Notes: generated by a model from the letters alone, not told the origin. A stretch of DNA of 37,400 nucleotides from a virus (IMGVR_UViG_3300040734_000039:1-37400), one strand, 5' to 3'. Numbered from the stretch's first letter, positions 7,203 through 15,498 are shown. A program made the numbers and translations.

Positions 7203-7290
7203 CTTTTCATTATAGACAAATCAAAGTTGTTGAAAATACATAGTTGACAAACAGTATTCATTGATGTATTATTACTACATTGATGTTATT
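7203..7290. promoter_or_regulatory. Divergent lysis/lysogeny promoters and candidate operators
   Basis: Rightward TTGACA-N17-TATTAT (7244-7272). Leftward TATAAT (7214-7209) puts +1 near the repressor GTG at 7202. CATTGATGT repeated at 7259 and 7278. Confidence 0.75.
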
Positions 7291-7309
7291 CAGTTTTCAC
7301 GAGGTCAAC

Positions 7310-7561
7310 TTGACGACAAGCATCCCAATCATCACCAAGAGCACTCGCGAGCAGCAGGGCATGAGCATGGCGGAGTTTGGCAACGCGCTCAGCCAGGCGG
7401 TTCCGGGCATCTCCATCTCGCGCGCCGCGGTGAACCTGTGGGAACTGGGCAAGCGCCGCCCGGAATACACCTTCGTGCTGCTGGTCTTGATGAAGACCAA
7501 CGACTGGCGCGCCGACTGGGCAAAGCAGGTGCTGCACGTCCTGCGCCCTAACCTGTACTGA
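7310..7561 (+). CDS. Cro-like XRE HTH protein
   Basis: REQQGMSMAEFGNAL...ISRAAVNLWELGKRRP. Probable TTG start after a GAGG RBS. Confidence 0.85.
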   Translation: MTTSIPIITKSTREQQGMSMAEFGNALSQAVPGISISRAAVNLWELGKRRPEYTFVLLVLMKTNDWRADWAKQVLHVLRPNLY

Positions 7562-7575
7562 GGAGAGCATATTCC

Positions 7576-7818
7576 ATGACGAAATACACAGGAGATGAAA
7601 TCATGTCAGAAGATCCACTTGAAACCTTGCTCGACCCCGTAACCAACCGGTTTCTCAATCGCCTGGCTGAATATTCCGTCCGCACACCCATTCAGGTCAT
7701 CACCTTTCTCATTCAAACTGCATATCGAGAACAATTGGCTGAGATTTCAATTGCCCACAATCTGCGCAAGGGTATTGTTGACCCTAAAGACGCTGATTTG
7801 AAAAAGATGTTGGAGTAG
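7576..7818 (+). CDS. Hypothetical early protein
   Basis: RBS present; co-oriented in the early operon. Confidence 0.65.
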   Translation: MTKYTGDEIMSEDPLETLLDPVTNRFLNRLAEYSVRTPIQVITFLIQTAYREQLAEISIAHNLRKGIVDPKDADLKKMLE

Positions 7819-7821
7819 CCG

Positions 7822-8025
7822 ATGCCAACAAAAAACAAGACTTTCATGATTGATCCAGAGACCGACGCCAAATTGCGCGAGATGGCGCGCCAGGATGACC
7901 GCTCGGAATCCTCTTTCCTGCGCCAGTTGATTTCCGGTGAGTACGCCCGCCGGCAGGCGCTGCCCGCATACGTGCCGTCAACCATCAACCCGACTAATCC
8001 CATCGATTTCACACCCACAGCATAA
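7822..8025 (+). CDS. Ribbon-helix-helix (CopG-like) protein
   Basis: KTFMIDPETDAKLREMARQDDRSESSFLRQLI. Confidence 0.8.
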   Translation: MPTKNKTFMIDPETDAKLREMARQDDRSESSFLRQLISGEYARRQALPAYVPSTINPTNPIDFTPTA

Positions 8026-8084
8026 CCGCCCGCGCTGCCAGCGCACAATCCGGAACGAATCCGGCGCCATTTAGGAGGCATACG

Positions 8085-8225
8085 ATGCACTACACCCAGA
8101 ACCGCAACTGCTACACCCCCCGCACCACTCCCCCGGCTGAATCACTCGGTTCCACTGCCCTGAGCCTGCTCGGTTTGGCGTTGGGCTTCATCGGCTTCCT
8201 GCTGCTGGCTGGCGGGTTAGGCTAG
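8085..8225 (+). CDS. Small membrane peptide (46 aa)
   Basis: AGGAGG RBS; hand-translated MHYTQN...LSLLGLALGFIGFLLLAGGLG*. Confidence 0.6.
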   Translation: MHYTQNRNCYTPRTTPPAESLGSTALSLLGLALGFIGFLLLAGGLG

Positions 8226-8232
8226 GCGCGCC

Positions 8233-8466
8233 ATGCCGATGTCCTACTGGATCACCGTATCCGCTGAAACCATGACTGAACTGGCGCAGGTGGCGGCTGC
8301 CGAGCACGTCACAATGGGCGAGATGGCCTGCCGGCTGATCCATGACGAAGCGCAGCGCCAGCTGGCAAAACTTGCGCGCGAAACCCCGCCCAGCCCGGGC
8401 GGCATCTTTTGCGATGACGCGCTGGAGCGCGAGCTGCAAGCCCTGCGCGATGACTTTGACCCGTAA
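8233..8466 (+). CDS. Hypothetical protein, RHH-like N-terminus
   Basis: YWITVSAETMTELAQVAAAEHVTMGEMACRLI. Confidence 0.55.
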   Translation: MPMSYWITVSAETMTELAQVAAAEHVTMGEMACRLIHDEAQRQLAKLARETPPSPGGIFCDDALERELQALRDDFDP

Positions 8467-8526
8467 TCCATTGCAGTAAGTTATCACAACCGCCAACTTA
8501 TTGCACCACTCACAAGGAGAACCCGC

Positions 8527-8976
8527 ATGACCCAAGAACCCGTTTGCACCCCTGAAGACCATGAGCTGTTTGGCATGACCCTCTTCCGGCAAGCCGTAAC
8601 CGCCTGGCAGGACGCTGTGACGGACGCGCTTTTTGAAGTCACCGAGCCGGTCACAATCAACCAGTCCATCAGCCTGACACGCGAACTGAAGCGCCTGGTC
8701 AAATTGACCGCGCAGTGGTTTGAGCAGCACATTTACGACAACAGCGGCTCATATGAAACCACCCTGCGCTTTTTGGACTGCGTGTATGGCGACCTGATGA
8801 ACGAAGGGCGCGATGATTTCATCCAGCACACCGACCGCGAGCGCAGCTGGGCAAACCCGGCCACCTACGCCTTATGGACTGCCGGCGTGGCATGGGTCTA
8901 CCTGCAGGTGATACGCATCATCCGCGATGACGACACCCGCCTCGAAAAGCCGGTGGCAGTACCGGTGAATGCGTAA
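8527..8976 (+). CDS. Hypothetical early protein
   Basis: AAGGAG RBS; 149 aa. Confidence 0.75.
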   Translation: MTQEPVCTPEDHELFGMTLFRQAVTAWQDAVTDALFEVTEPVTINQSISLTRELKRLVKLTAQWFEQHIYDNSGSYETTLRFLDCVYGDLMNEGRDDFIQHTDRERSWANPATYALWTAGVAWVYLQVIRIIRDDDTRLEKPVAVPVNA

Positions 8977-8993
8977 TCAGAATGGAGATAACG

Positions 8994-9095
8994 ATGGACG
9001 CTTTGATTGTGATGTTGATGGTGATCGTTGCCGTCGTGCTGGTCATGGTGATCCTCTCGGTCATCAAGACGCTGTGCAACTGGAGGAAACGATGA
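8994..9095 (+). CDS. Small membrane peptide (33 aa)
   Basis: GGAG RBS; MDALIVMLMVIVAVVLVMVILSVIKTLCNWRKR*; ATGA overlap with the next gene. Confidence 0.6.
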   Translation: MDALIVMLMVIVAVVLVMVILSVIKTLCNWRKR

Positions 9096-9415
9096 CCATT
9101 TCGCCCTGGCAACCGAATGGTAAGACCCCGGACGTGATTTTGATGCACGGCGTGGATCACACCCTGACGGCTTATGGCGAAGGATGGAGCCAGCGGGTGG
9201 TGATGCCGTTTGCGCAGCTGCATGACGTACCGGTGCCGATTGTGGACATCACCGCGGTGCCGCCGCGCCGATTGATTTCAATCCTTGAACAGTTTGGCGC
9301 GATGAACCCGCCTGTGTGCCTGGACGTTGACGGTTTGATGGCGGCATTGGTTATTGCGGGCGGATATGTCAGCCTGCCCGCGCCGCAGGAGGTTAGGAAT
9401 GAGCGCACTATCTGA
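9092..9415 (+). CDS. Hypothetical early protein
   Basis: GGAGG RBS before ATG 9092 (MTISPWQ...). Confidence 0.65.
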   Translation: MTISPWQPNGKTPDVILMHGVDHTLTAYGEGWSQRVVMPFAQLHDVPVPIVDITAVPPRRLISILEQFGAMNPPVCLDVDGLMAALVIAGGYVSLPAPQEVRNERTI

Positions 9416-9716
9416 TTTGAGCCTGGGCGGCGTGGTAAACGTCATGCTGGGCTTGTTCATCTTTGGGCTGGGCTACAACTGGGCGGTCAGCCGCCTGGGT
9501 CGCAAGCTGGAAGGCTACATGAGCCTGGTGGTGGCAATGGGTGTGATGGTCACCCTGGTCGGTGTGCTGCTGCTCTCGCCCGGCGCGGCGTTGATCTGCG
9601 TGCTGGCGTTTGCAGCCACCGGCTTGCCGATGATATTTGGCAGCATCGTGCGCTACATCACCCGGCGTGAGTCCAGCCGCAGCGCGATCATTGACGAGGT
9701 AGAGCACGATGACTAA
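9399..9716 (+). CDS. Three-TM membrane protein
   Basis: AGGAGG RBS; three hydrophobic segments. Confidence 0.7.
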   Translation: MSALSDLSLGGVVNVMLGLFIFGLGYNWAVSRLGRKLEGYMSLVVAMGVMVTLVGVLLLSPGAALICVLAFAATGLPMIFGSIVRYITRRESSRSAIIDEVEHDD

Positions 9717-9930
9717 ACCGCGCGACTGGGGCAACAATGCCAAAGAGGCGCGCGATCGCAGCGCCGAGTTGGCTGCCCGGGCGGCGCGCATGCTCAAGCC
9801 GCTGCTGGATGACCAGCCCACAACCGAGATTGAACGGCTGCGACGGATATCGATTGCCCTGACCTGCACGTTGGATATTTTACGGATTTTGGAAGCAACC
9901 GGGGCATGCACGCGCCCTGAGGAGGAATAA
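9709..9930 (+). CDS. Hypothetical helical protein
   Basis: GAGG RBS; overlaps the preceding stop. Confidence 0.65.
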   Translation: MTKPRDWGNNAKEARDRSAELAARAARMLKPLLDDQPTTEIERLRRISIALTCTLDILRILEATGACTRPEEE

Positions 9931-10113
9931 CGGTAATGACTGCCCTGCCCGTGTCCCGCGTGGTGAACGGTAACAGACGGCAGGCTGGTCAGCTTCGACG
10001 GGTGCCCTCCTTCATCGCGTCGAACCGGACAGAGTAACCGGGGCAGGAACCGGAACGTTTGAAAAAGGCAAATCGACAAAACATGTCAATTTCAGCAAAT
10101 AAAAGGAGCGCGT

Positions 10114-10224
10114 ATGGATGATGAAGAACGGAATTACAGCAACTGGCAATTTCTGGCGATTGTCCTGCTGTGCATCGGCGGCTGCCTGGTTATTTCGGCG
10201 CTGCTGACCCTGATGGGTGCATGA
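10114..10224 (+). CDS. Small membrane peptide (36 aa)
   Basis: AAGGAG RBS; MDDEERNYSNWQFLAIVLLCIGGCLVISALLTLMGA*. Confidence 0.6.
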   Translation: MDDEERNYSNWQFLAIVLLCIGGCLVISALLTLMGA

Positions 10225-10279
10225 CGGACGCCAAAGGTGAGGCATAACCTCACAATCAACGGTTGTGGAAGGAGGCAGG

Positions 10280-10516
10280 ATGAACAAGTTTTGGATCGTG
10301 ATGAAACACGCGCACGAGACCTATGTCGGCCACCGGCATACGAGCCTGGAATCGGCGGAGGTGGAGGCGGAACGCCTATGCAAAAAGGAAAACAAGGTTT
10401 TCATCGTGCTGGAAGCGATTGAGATGGTCGGCCCGGTCTCCCCTGTGGTTGAAATCAAGTGGGAGGGGATGGAGCCCGCCGTAGAGACTGATCAGCTCGA
10501 CGAGGAGACGCGATGA
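10280..10516 (+). CDS. Hypothetical phage protein
   Basis: AGGAGG RBS; HTSLESAEVEAERL...FIVLEA pattern common in small phage early proteins. Confidence 0.7.
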   Translation: MNKFWIVMKHAHETYVGHRHTSLESAEVEAERLCKKENKVFIVLEAIEMVGPVSPVVEIKWEGMEPAVETDQLDEETR

Positions 10517-10788
10517 ATATCCAGGCTCATATTCACGGGCGCAATCCGTCATGGGAGTACGAAAGCAGCGGATATCCAAAATTCGCGTATGAAATTTGGT
10601 GTTCTGCGCTGGGCGATTTGTACGTCGCAGAATCGTTTGACATTCCCATGTCAAGGATAGCGCGAATTTTGTTGTACCTGAAAGCCAAAGCTTTGATGTT
10701 TTTGTTTGGTTGGTGGTGGTACCGGTGGATGGGTAAGAACGAGAAGCTGCGCAAATGGGCGCAAGAAATTGACGAGGAGGAAGCATGA
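10513..10788 (+). CDS. Hypothetical protein
   Basis: ATGA-coupled on both sides; RBS present. Confidence 0.65.
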   Translation: MNIQAHIHGRNPSWEYESSGYPKFAYEIWCSALGDLYVAESFDIPMSRIARILLYLKAKALMFLFGWWWYRWMGKNEKLRKWAQEIDEEEA

Positions 10789-11069
10789 GTGAGGCGCTGG
10801 CGATGCTGGAAAAGGTGATGGCTGCGCTGCATGATGCCTCGGCGTGTCTGGAAGGCGAGACGCCCGACGCTGACACAGCCAATAGCCACCTGGCGCGGGC
10901 AGCTGCCACGCTGCAATCGGCGATGCTGGAACTGAATCCGCTGCTGAAGACAATGGACGCCGTATTCCTGGGCAAGCATATCCAGGCAGACAAAGCCGGC
11001 ACGGATGGCGCGCCGGTCAATCACCCCGACGATCATCTACCGGATGGTTGGGAAAAGGAGCAATCATGA
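10785..11069 (+). CDS. Hypothetical protein
   Basis: GGAGG RBS; ATGA coupling. Confidence 0.65.
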   Translation: MSEALAMLEKVMAALHDASACLEGETPDADTANSHLARAAATLQSAMLELNPLLKTMDAVFLGKHIQADKAGTDGAPVNHPDDHLPDGWEKEQS

Positions 11070-11296
11070 GCGAGAACGAACCGAAAGCCAAACCGCCTGT
11101 GTCCAAATTTCAGGTTGGTGACCGGATCATCATACCGGCGCACTCGGCGCTGGGCGTGGGCGTGGTGATTGGGCCATTTGAGTATGACCCGGAGTTGATC
11201 CGCGTGAAGTTTGCCACGCATCAATCGCTGGTGCTGCATGAAGAAGCCCGCCTGGCGCCGGATGAAGAGATCACCCCTGAGGGGACTCAAGGGTGA
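11066..11296 (+). CDS. Small SH3/KOW-like protein
   Basis: SKFQVGDRII...GVGVVI...IRVKF. Confidence 0.6.
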   Translation: MSENEPKAKPPVSKFQVGDRIIIPAHSALGVGVVIGPFEYDPELIRVKFATHQSLVLHEEARLAPDEEITPEGTQG

Positions 11297-11336
11297 AGTC
11301 GCGGGTCTTGGAGGACTACCGCAAAGGAATTATAGC

Positions 11337-12356
11337 ATGGACACATTGACCTTCATTGTCGCGCCGCCGATTTACGAGCCGCAAATCCAAACGGCTTTGG
11401 ATACATGGCTGGGCAGGCGGGCAGAAAACACCGCCCGGGCATACCGGGTTGCCATTGATAATTTTGCCTCGTTCTGCGGGCGCCCGTTTGACCAGGTGGA
11501 ACCGCTGGATATCAGCCGCTGGGTGGATCACATGCGCGCCTCAGGCAGCTCAGCTGCCACAGTGCGCCTGCGTGTGGCTGCCCTGGCAAGTTTTTACTCA
11601 TACGCGGTCAAGATGCAGGTGCTGCTTGCCTCGCCGGTCACCCCGGCGGTGCATAAGCTCTCCACCATCAAAGACAACGCCTTCTGGCTGGACAAAGAGG
11701 AATGCCGCGCGCTGCTGGAATCAATTGACACGTACAGCCGGCAGGGGCTGCGTGATTACGCCCTATTTTTGGGCTACCTGATGCTGGGCAAGCGCAACAG
11801 TGAATGGCGGCGAGCAACCGTTGAAGACTTTGAGTGGCAGGGAAAGATACTGTACTACCGCTGGCACGGCAAGGGCAAGGCAGGGCGGGTAGAAGTGCCG
11901 CCGCCAGTGTGGCAATCGGTGCAGGTGTGGCTTGCCAGCATCAACCGCACATCTGGACCCATTTTCATTCCGTTGAGTGAGCGCGCGGTCAACCTGCCGA
12001 CGGTATCACCCGACTGGAAACCAGGCAGGGTGCCGTTGACGGGTAATGCAGTCAGTGCCCTGCTGAAGAAATATGCGCGTAAAGCCGGCTTGCGAGCTGA
12101 CCTGATCCACGTGCATACGCTGCGGCACTCGGCAGCCATGCTGCGGCGCGAGGCGGGGGATGATGTTGAGAAAATCAAGGCGTTTCTCGGTCATACCAGC
12201 CTATCCACCACCCAAACCTACCTGCACGGGCTGGAAAGGCACAAGGATGACGGCTGGGTGCGGGTGGGAGCAATGCTCGGAGTTAGTGCGGATAACGTAT
12301 GTTATACGCACAAGAAACGCCGATCAAGAATTATCACCGAAACGGGGCTGAAATGA
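11337..12356 (+). CDS. Second tyrosine recombinase (Xer-like), internal to the early operon
   Basis: ENTARAY SAM-like domain; RDYAL...GKRNSE, GKG, HTLRH, LGH, TQTY catalytic set is intact. Confidence 0.9.
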   Translation: MDTLTFIVAPPIYEPQIQTALDTWLGRRAENTARAYRVAIDNFASFCGRPFDQVEPLDISRWVDHMRASGSSAATVRLRVAALASFYSYAVKMQVLLASPVTPAVHKLSTIKDNAFWLDKEECRALLESIDTYSRQGLRDYALFLGYLMLGKRNSEWRRATVEDFEWQGKILYYRWHGKGKAGRVEVPPPVWQSVQVWLASINRTSGPIFIPLSERAVNLPTVSPDWKPGRVPLTGNAVSALLKKYARKAGLRADLIHVHTLRHSAAMLRREAGDDVEKIKAFLGHTSLSTTQTYLHGLERHKDDGWVRVGAMLGVSADNVCYTHKKRRSRIITETGLK

Positions 12357-12736
12357 TTGATTATCGCGAGCTTTTGCGTCAAATTCCGCCTGGTTTGAAC
12401 CGCGTCATCCTGCAGGTGCTGGAATTTCACCAGGGGCGGATGAAGGCGATCACCAAAGACGAACTTATCAAACAGCTGGCGATTTATGGCTTCAAGGTGG
12501 ATGAGCGGCAGTTTCGGGAGTGTGTTCGACAGATGCGGCAGGAAGGCATCCTGATCTGCTCCACCGCATCCAACCCGGCAGGCTATTACCTACCAACCAG
12601 CGCGCTCGAGGTGGATGAATTCCTCGAAAAAGAACTCATTGAGAAACGCAACGACCTGAGTAAAACGATTGAAGCCATGCAGTCTTCAAAGCGGCTTCAG
12701 TTTGGCGATGGAACTCAACTCGGATTGGGGTTATGA
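12353..12736 (+). CDS. Winged-helix DNA-binding phage protein
   Basis: AITKDEL...DERQFRECVRQMRQEGILICS...GYYL. Confidence 0.7.
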   Translation: MIDYRELLRQIPPGLNRVILQVLEFHQGRMKAITKDELIKQLAIYGFKVDERQFRECVRQMRQEGILICSTASNPAGYYLPTSALEVDEFLEKELIEKRNDLSKTIEAMQSSKRLQFGDGTQLGLGL

Positions 12737-12737
12737 C

Positions 12738-13712
12738 ATGGCTGTAGAAATCAACCAAATGATGATCCGCGGGCTGAAGGGTGCCCCGATATCCTGCCTG
12801 ATGGCGATGCTTCTGGTGCGGCGGGTGATGAACATGGCTGAGCTGGTGCGCGTGACCGGCTACTCAGACAAAAGCGTGAATGACGCGCTGCTGATTCTGG
12901 TGGACTTTGGGCTGGCGACGCGCAACGGGCGGTATGGTTGGCAGCTGGCGGACGGCGTGGTGCAATTACCGCTGACTGTACTAGGCGATGATGAATCACA
13001 GCCCGAATCACCGGTTGTGCCGGCTGAACAGGCAGCGATTGAGGTTTCACCAGTTGAGGAGGTTTCAACAAATGATGAAATTGCGTCTGTCACTGAAAAG
13101 GATACGGAAAGTTTCCGTATCCCGCCTCTAGTAGTTAGTAGTTCTTTAACTAGTCTAAAACTAGATCAAGATCCACTACTAGATTCTAGGGCGGATCCGG
13201 AAAATTTACGTGTCAACCAGGCGTTTGCAGCCCTGGAACGGGCGGGGGTGATGGAGCCGAAGCGGTCACGGTTGGCAGCCATGCCGCATGTCACCGCGCA
13301 GCTGGTGCGTTATCACGTGCAAACCGCGGATAATATCCGGCTGGCTATCTGGCGGATTGAACACGGCTGGAAAATCAAGTCCGGCTGGGTGGATCATGAC
13401 GCGCCGGTGGATTTGAACCGCCGATCACCCGATCCCGAACCTGAAACAGCCCCTGAATCACCCGCGCCGGTGGCTGACGAGGCGCAGGACGCCTGGGAAA
13501 AGGCACTGGATACCGTGCGCCCAACCATGCGGGCGGTGGATTTTGACACCTGGGTGGAGCCGCTCCGGCTGATCCGGGCAGAAGGCTCGAAGTGGGTGAT
13601 CAAGGCGTGTAACTTTTACGCGCGCGACTGGGTGAGGACTAACGCCCAGGATAAATTACAAGCTGCGCTGGCGCCTCAGGCGGGCGTGGCAATCGTGCTG
13701 GCAATCGAATAG
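12738..13712 (+). CDS. Replication initiator-like protein (N-terminal wHTH, C-terminal DnaA_N-like domain)
   Basis: ELVRVTGYSDKSVNDAL HTH; C-terminal AWEKALDTV...DFDTWVEPL...NFYARDWV resembles DnaA domain I; followed by ssb. Confidence 0.75.
   Translation: MAVEINQMMIRGLKGAPISCLMAMLLVRRVMNMAELVRVTGYSDKSVNDALLILVDFGLATRNGRYGWQLADGVVQLPLTVLGDDESQPESPVVPAEQAAIEVSPVEEVSTNDEIASVTEKDTESFRIPPLVVSSSLTSLKLDQDPLLDSRADPENLRVNQAFAALERAGVMEPKRSRLAAMPHVTAQLVRYHVQTADNIRLAIWRIEHGWKIKSGWVDHDAPVDLNRRSPDPEPETAPESPAPVADEAQDAWEKALDTVRPTMRAVDFDTWVEPLRLIRAEGSKWVIKACNFYARDWVRTNAQDKLQAALAPQAGVAIVLAIE
13100..13210. other. Probable replication origin inside the initiator gene
   Basis: Palindrome GGATACGGAAA-G-TTTCCGTATCC (13100-13122), a CTAG-rich AT-rich tract with inverted TCTAGTAGT/ACTACTAGA, and a related copy GATCCGGAAAATTTACG (13194-13210). 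Confidence 0.65.
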
Positions 13713-13721
13713 GAGAAAACC

Positions 13722-14123
13722 ATGTATCAGCAAATCGTTTTGATTGGTCACCTGGGGAAAGACCCCAACCCGCGCATGACGCCCTCCGGGGCAAGTGTGA
13801 CCACCTTCCCGTTGGCAACCTCGAAAACCTTCAAGAGCGACAGCGGCGAAGTCATCACCCAAACCATCTGGTGGTCAATCAGTACGTTTGGCAAGCTGGC
13901 TGAAAACTGCTCGGCGTTTTTGCAGAAGGGCAGCAAGGTGATGGTGGTCGGCGAGGTAAAGGGCGACGAAAAGGGTCATCCGCGCATGTGGACTGGCAGC
14001 GACAATGCCGTGCATGCCAGTTTCGAGGTGACTGCAGGCAAGGTGATTTTCCTGTCGCCGAAGGACGAGGCGAAGGCAGCAGTGGAAGTGCCGGCAAGTG
14101 AAGATGACGCGGTGCCATTCTAA
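13722..14123 (+). CDS. ssb: Single-stranded DNA-binding protein
   Basis: LIGHLGKDP...FGKLAE...LQKGSKVMVVG; acidic DDAVPF tail. Confidence 0.95.
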   Translation: MYQQIVLIGHLGKDPNPRMTPSGASVTTFPLATSKTFKSDSGEVITQTIWWSISTFGKLAENCSAFLQKGSKVMVVGEVKGDEKGHPRMWTGSDNAVHASFEVTAGKVIFLSPKDEAKAAVEVPASEDDAVPF

Positions 14124-14128
14124 TCAAC

Positions 14129-14503
14129 ATGATTGAGATTCTCGTCCACGGCGTACCAGTGCCAAAGCAATCGTTCAGGATATCCGGGCATGGCGGTTAC
14201 CGTGACCCGCGCGTAACCGCCTGGCAGAGCACTGTTGCGATGGCCACGCTGTTGTGGATGCAGAATCATTTACTTCAGATAAAGCGCCCTTTGTTTGGCA
14301 GTGGATCAATCGACCTTTCACTTGATTTCTATCTGCCTGATCGCCGGCGGGTCGACCTGGACAACCTTTCTAAAGCGGTGTTGGATGCGCTGAACGGCTA
14401 TCTATGGGCGGATGACCGGCAAATCGTGCGCATGGTTCTGACAAAGGTGGCGGGCGTAGGCAAGCATGCAGCCGGGGTTCTCATCAAGGTACAGGAAATC
14501 TAA
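14129..14503 (+). CDS. rusA: RusA-family Holliday junction resolvase
   Basis: GVPVPKQ...DLDNLSKAVLDALNG...DDRQIV. Confidence 0.92.
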   Translation: MIEILVHGVPVPKQSFRISGHGGYRDPRVTAWQSTVAMATLLWMQNHLLQIKRPLFGSGSIDLSLDFYLPDRRRVDLDNLSKAVLDALNGYLWADDRQIVRMVLTKVAGVGKHAAGVLIKVQEI

Positions 14504-14504
14504 C

Positions 14505-14723
14505 GTGGAAAAAGAAGAAGCGCTGGCAAGACTGGCTGAGATATTGACAGCTGATGAACTATCCGACCTGTTCGATGCAGCTGCGATCATCTTTGCAGCG
14601 GGCAGCGGGTTTGGTCAAATCATCCTGGACTTCAAGAACTCGCGGGTTGAGCGCGTAGAATGTTCGGTCAGTAAAGTGCCGCGACTTCGCCGAAACGGAA
14701 ACAAACAGTTGCATTCTACGTAA
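14505..14723 (+). CDS. Small protein with a YezD/DUF2292-like beta hairpin
   Basis: GFGQIILDFKNSRVERVE; probable GTG start at 14505. Confidence 0.5.
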   Translation: MEKEEALARLAEILTADELSDLFDAAAIIFAAGSGFGQIILDFKNSRVERVECSVSKVPRLRRNGNKQLHST

Positions 14724-14736
14724 GTATCGGTATAAT
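14709..14736 (+). promoter_or_regulatory. Probable late promoter
   Basis: TTGCAT-N16-TATAAT upstream of the holin/packaging operon. Confidence 0.65.
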
Positions 14737-14759
14737 ATTGATAAGCCCACGAGGCATTG

Positions 14760-14798
14760 AACCCGGGGCAGTCTGTACAACGGACTGCTTCGGGTTTT
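14760..14798 (+). terminator. Terminator/attenuator hairpin in the late leader
   Basis: AACCCGGGGCAGTCTG-TACAA-CGGACTGCTTCGGGTT: 16-bp stem with three G-U pairs, followed by a short T tract. Confidence 0.75.
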
Positions 14799-14831
14799 CG
14801 CATTTAACAACGTTTCGTATGAGAGGTGAAT

Positions 14832-15197
14832 ATGAAGGACTTGCTAGTATCACGTAGGTTTTGGGCGGCTGTAATTGCGCTCATTGTCGTCCTGGTGACG
14901 GCATTTGTACCGGGCTTTGATCTGGACACTGAAGAGGCGGTCGGTCTGGTGGTGATAGTTGCCAGTTACATCGTCGGCGTCACAGTTGATCCGGGTCCAG
15001 GCGGCTGGCGTGGTGTGGTGATGTCGCGCAAGTTTTGGGCGGCATTGGTTGGCTTGACCGTACTAATACTAAGAGGTTTCCATATCGGTCTGCCATTTGA
15101 TTTGACTGCAGAACAGATCACTACCGTGATGGTTGTGCTCGGATCGTACATCGTAGGCGTAACGCTGGATAAATTCCGCCCGGCGCTGACGAAGTAG
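14832..15197 (+). CDS. Holin-like four-TM protein built from two tandem repeats
   Basis: Two units of SR(R/K)FWAA...FDL..E......SYIVGVT(V/L)D. Confidence 0.65.
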   Translation: MKDLLVSRRFWAAVIALIVVLVTAFVPGFDLDTEEAVGLVVIVASYIVGVTVDPGPGGWRGVVMSRKFWAALVGLTVLILRGFHIGLPFDLTAEQITTVMVVLGSYIVGVTLDKFRPALTK

Positions 15198-15207
15198 CGG
15201 GGGCAAC

Positions 15208-15498
15208 ATGGCGGCAGAAGGCATCACACAAGTCAACTCGCGGCTTCAATCCATTGAGGCGCGACTGCCTGGCATCGAGAAGCAGGTGGATGATCATTCG
15301 GAATGGATCAACGGGAACGGCAAGGTTGGGGCTAAGACCCGACTTGCCACGTTGGAGAACGGGTTTCAGCGCATTGAAGGCTTGCTCAACAAGCTGACCG
15401 GCTGGCTGATTGGGCTGGTCATCACACTGGTCGGCGGGTTTCTCATGTGGTTCCTGACCAACCTGCTGCCACAAATCACGGCGCATATCGGCCAGTGA
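15208..15498 (+). CDS. Coiled-coil plus C-terminal TM protein (lysis accessory-like)
   Basis: Heptad-rich N-terminus with INGNG motif and one C-terminal TM helix. Confidence 0.6.
   Translation: MAAEGITQVNSRLQSIEARLPGIEKQVDDHSEWINGNGKVGAKTRLATLENGFQRIEGLLNKLTGWLIGLVITLVGGFLMWFLTNLLPQITAHIGQ

Noticed and set aside
10063-10100. GGCAAA...GCAAA resembling a c-di-GMP-I riboswitch
   Set aside because: No GNRA tetraloop, a weak stem, and no second hairpin before the RBS.
8969-12737. Longer upstream starts given in the ORF track (8969, 9354, 11211, 12299, 12669)
   Set aside because: They overlap upstream genes; downstream starts with RBSs or stop-start coupling fit better.
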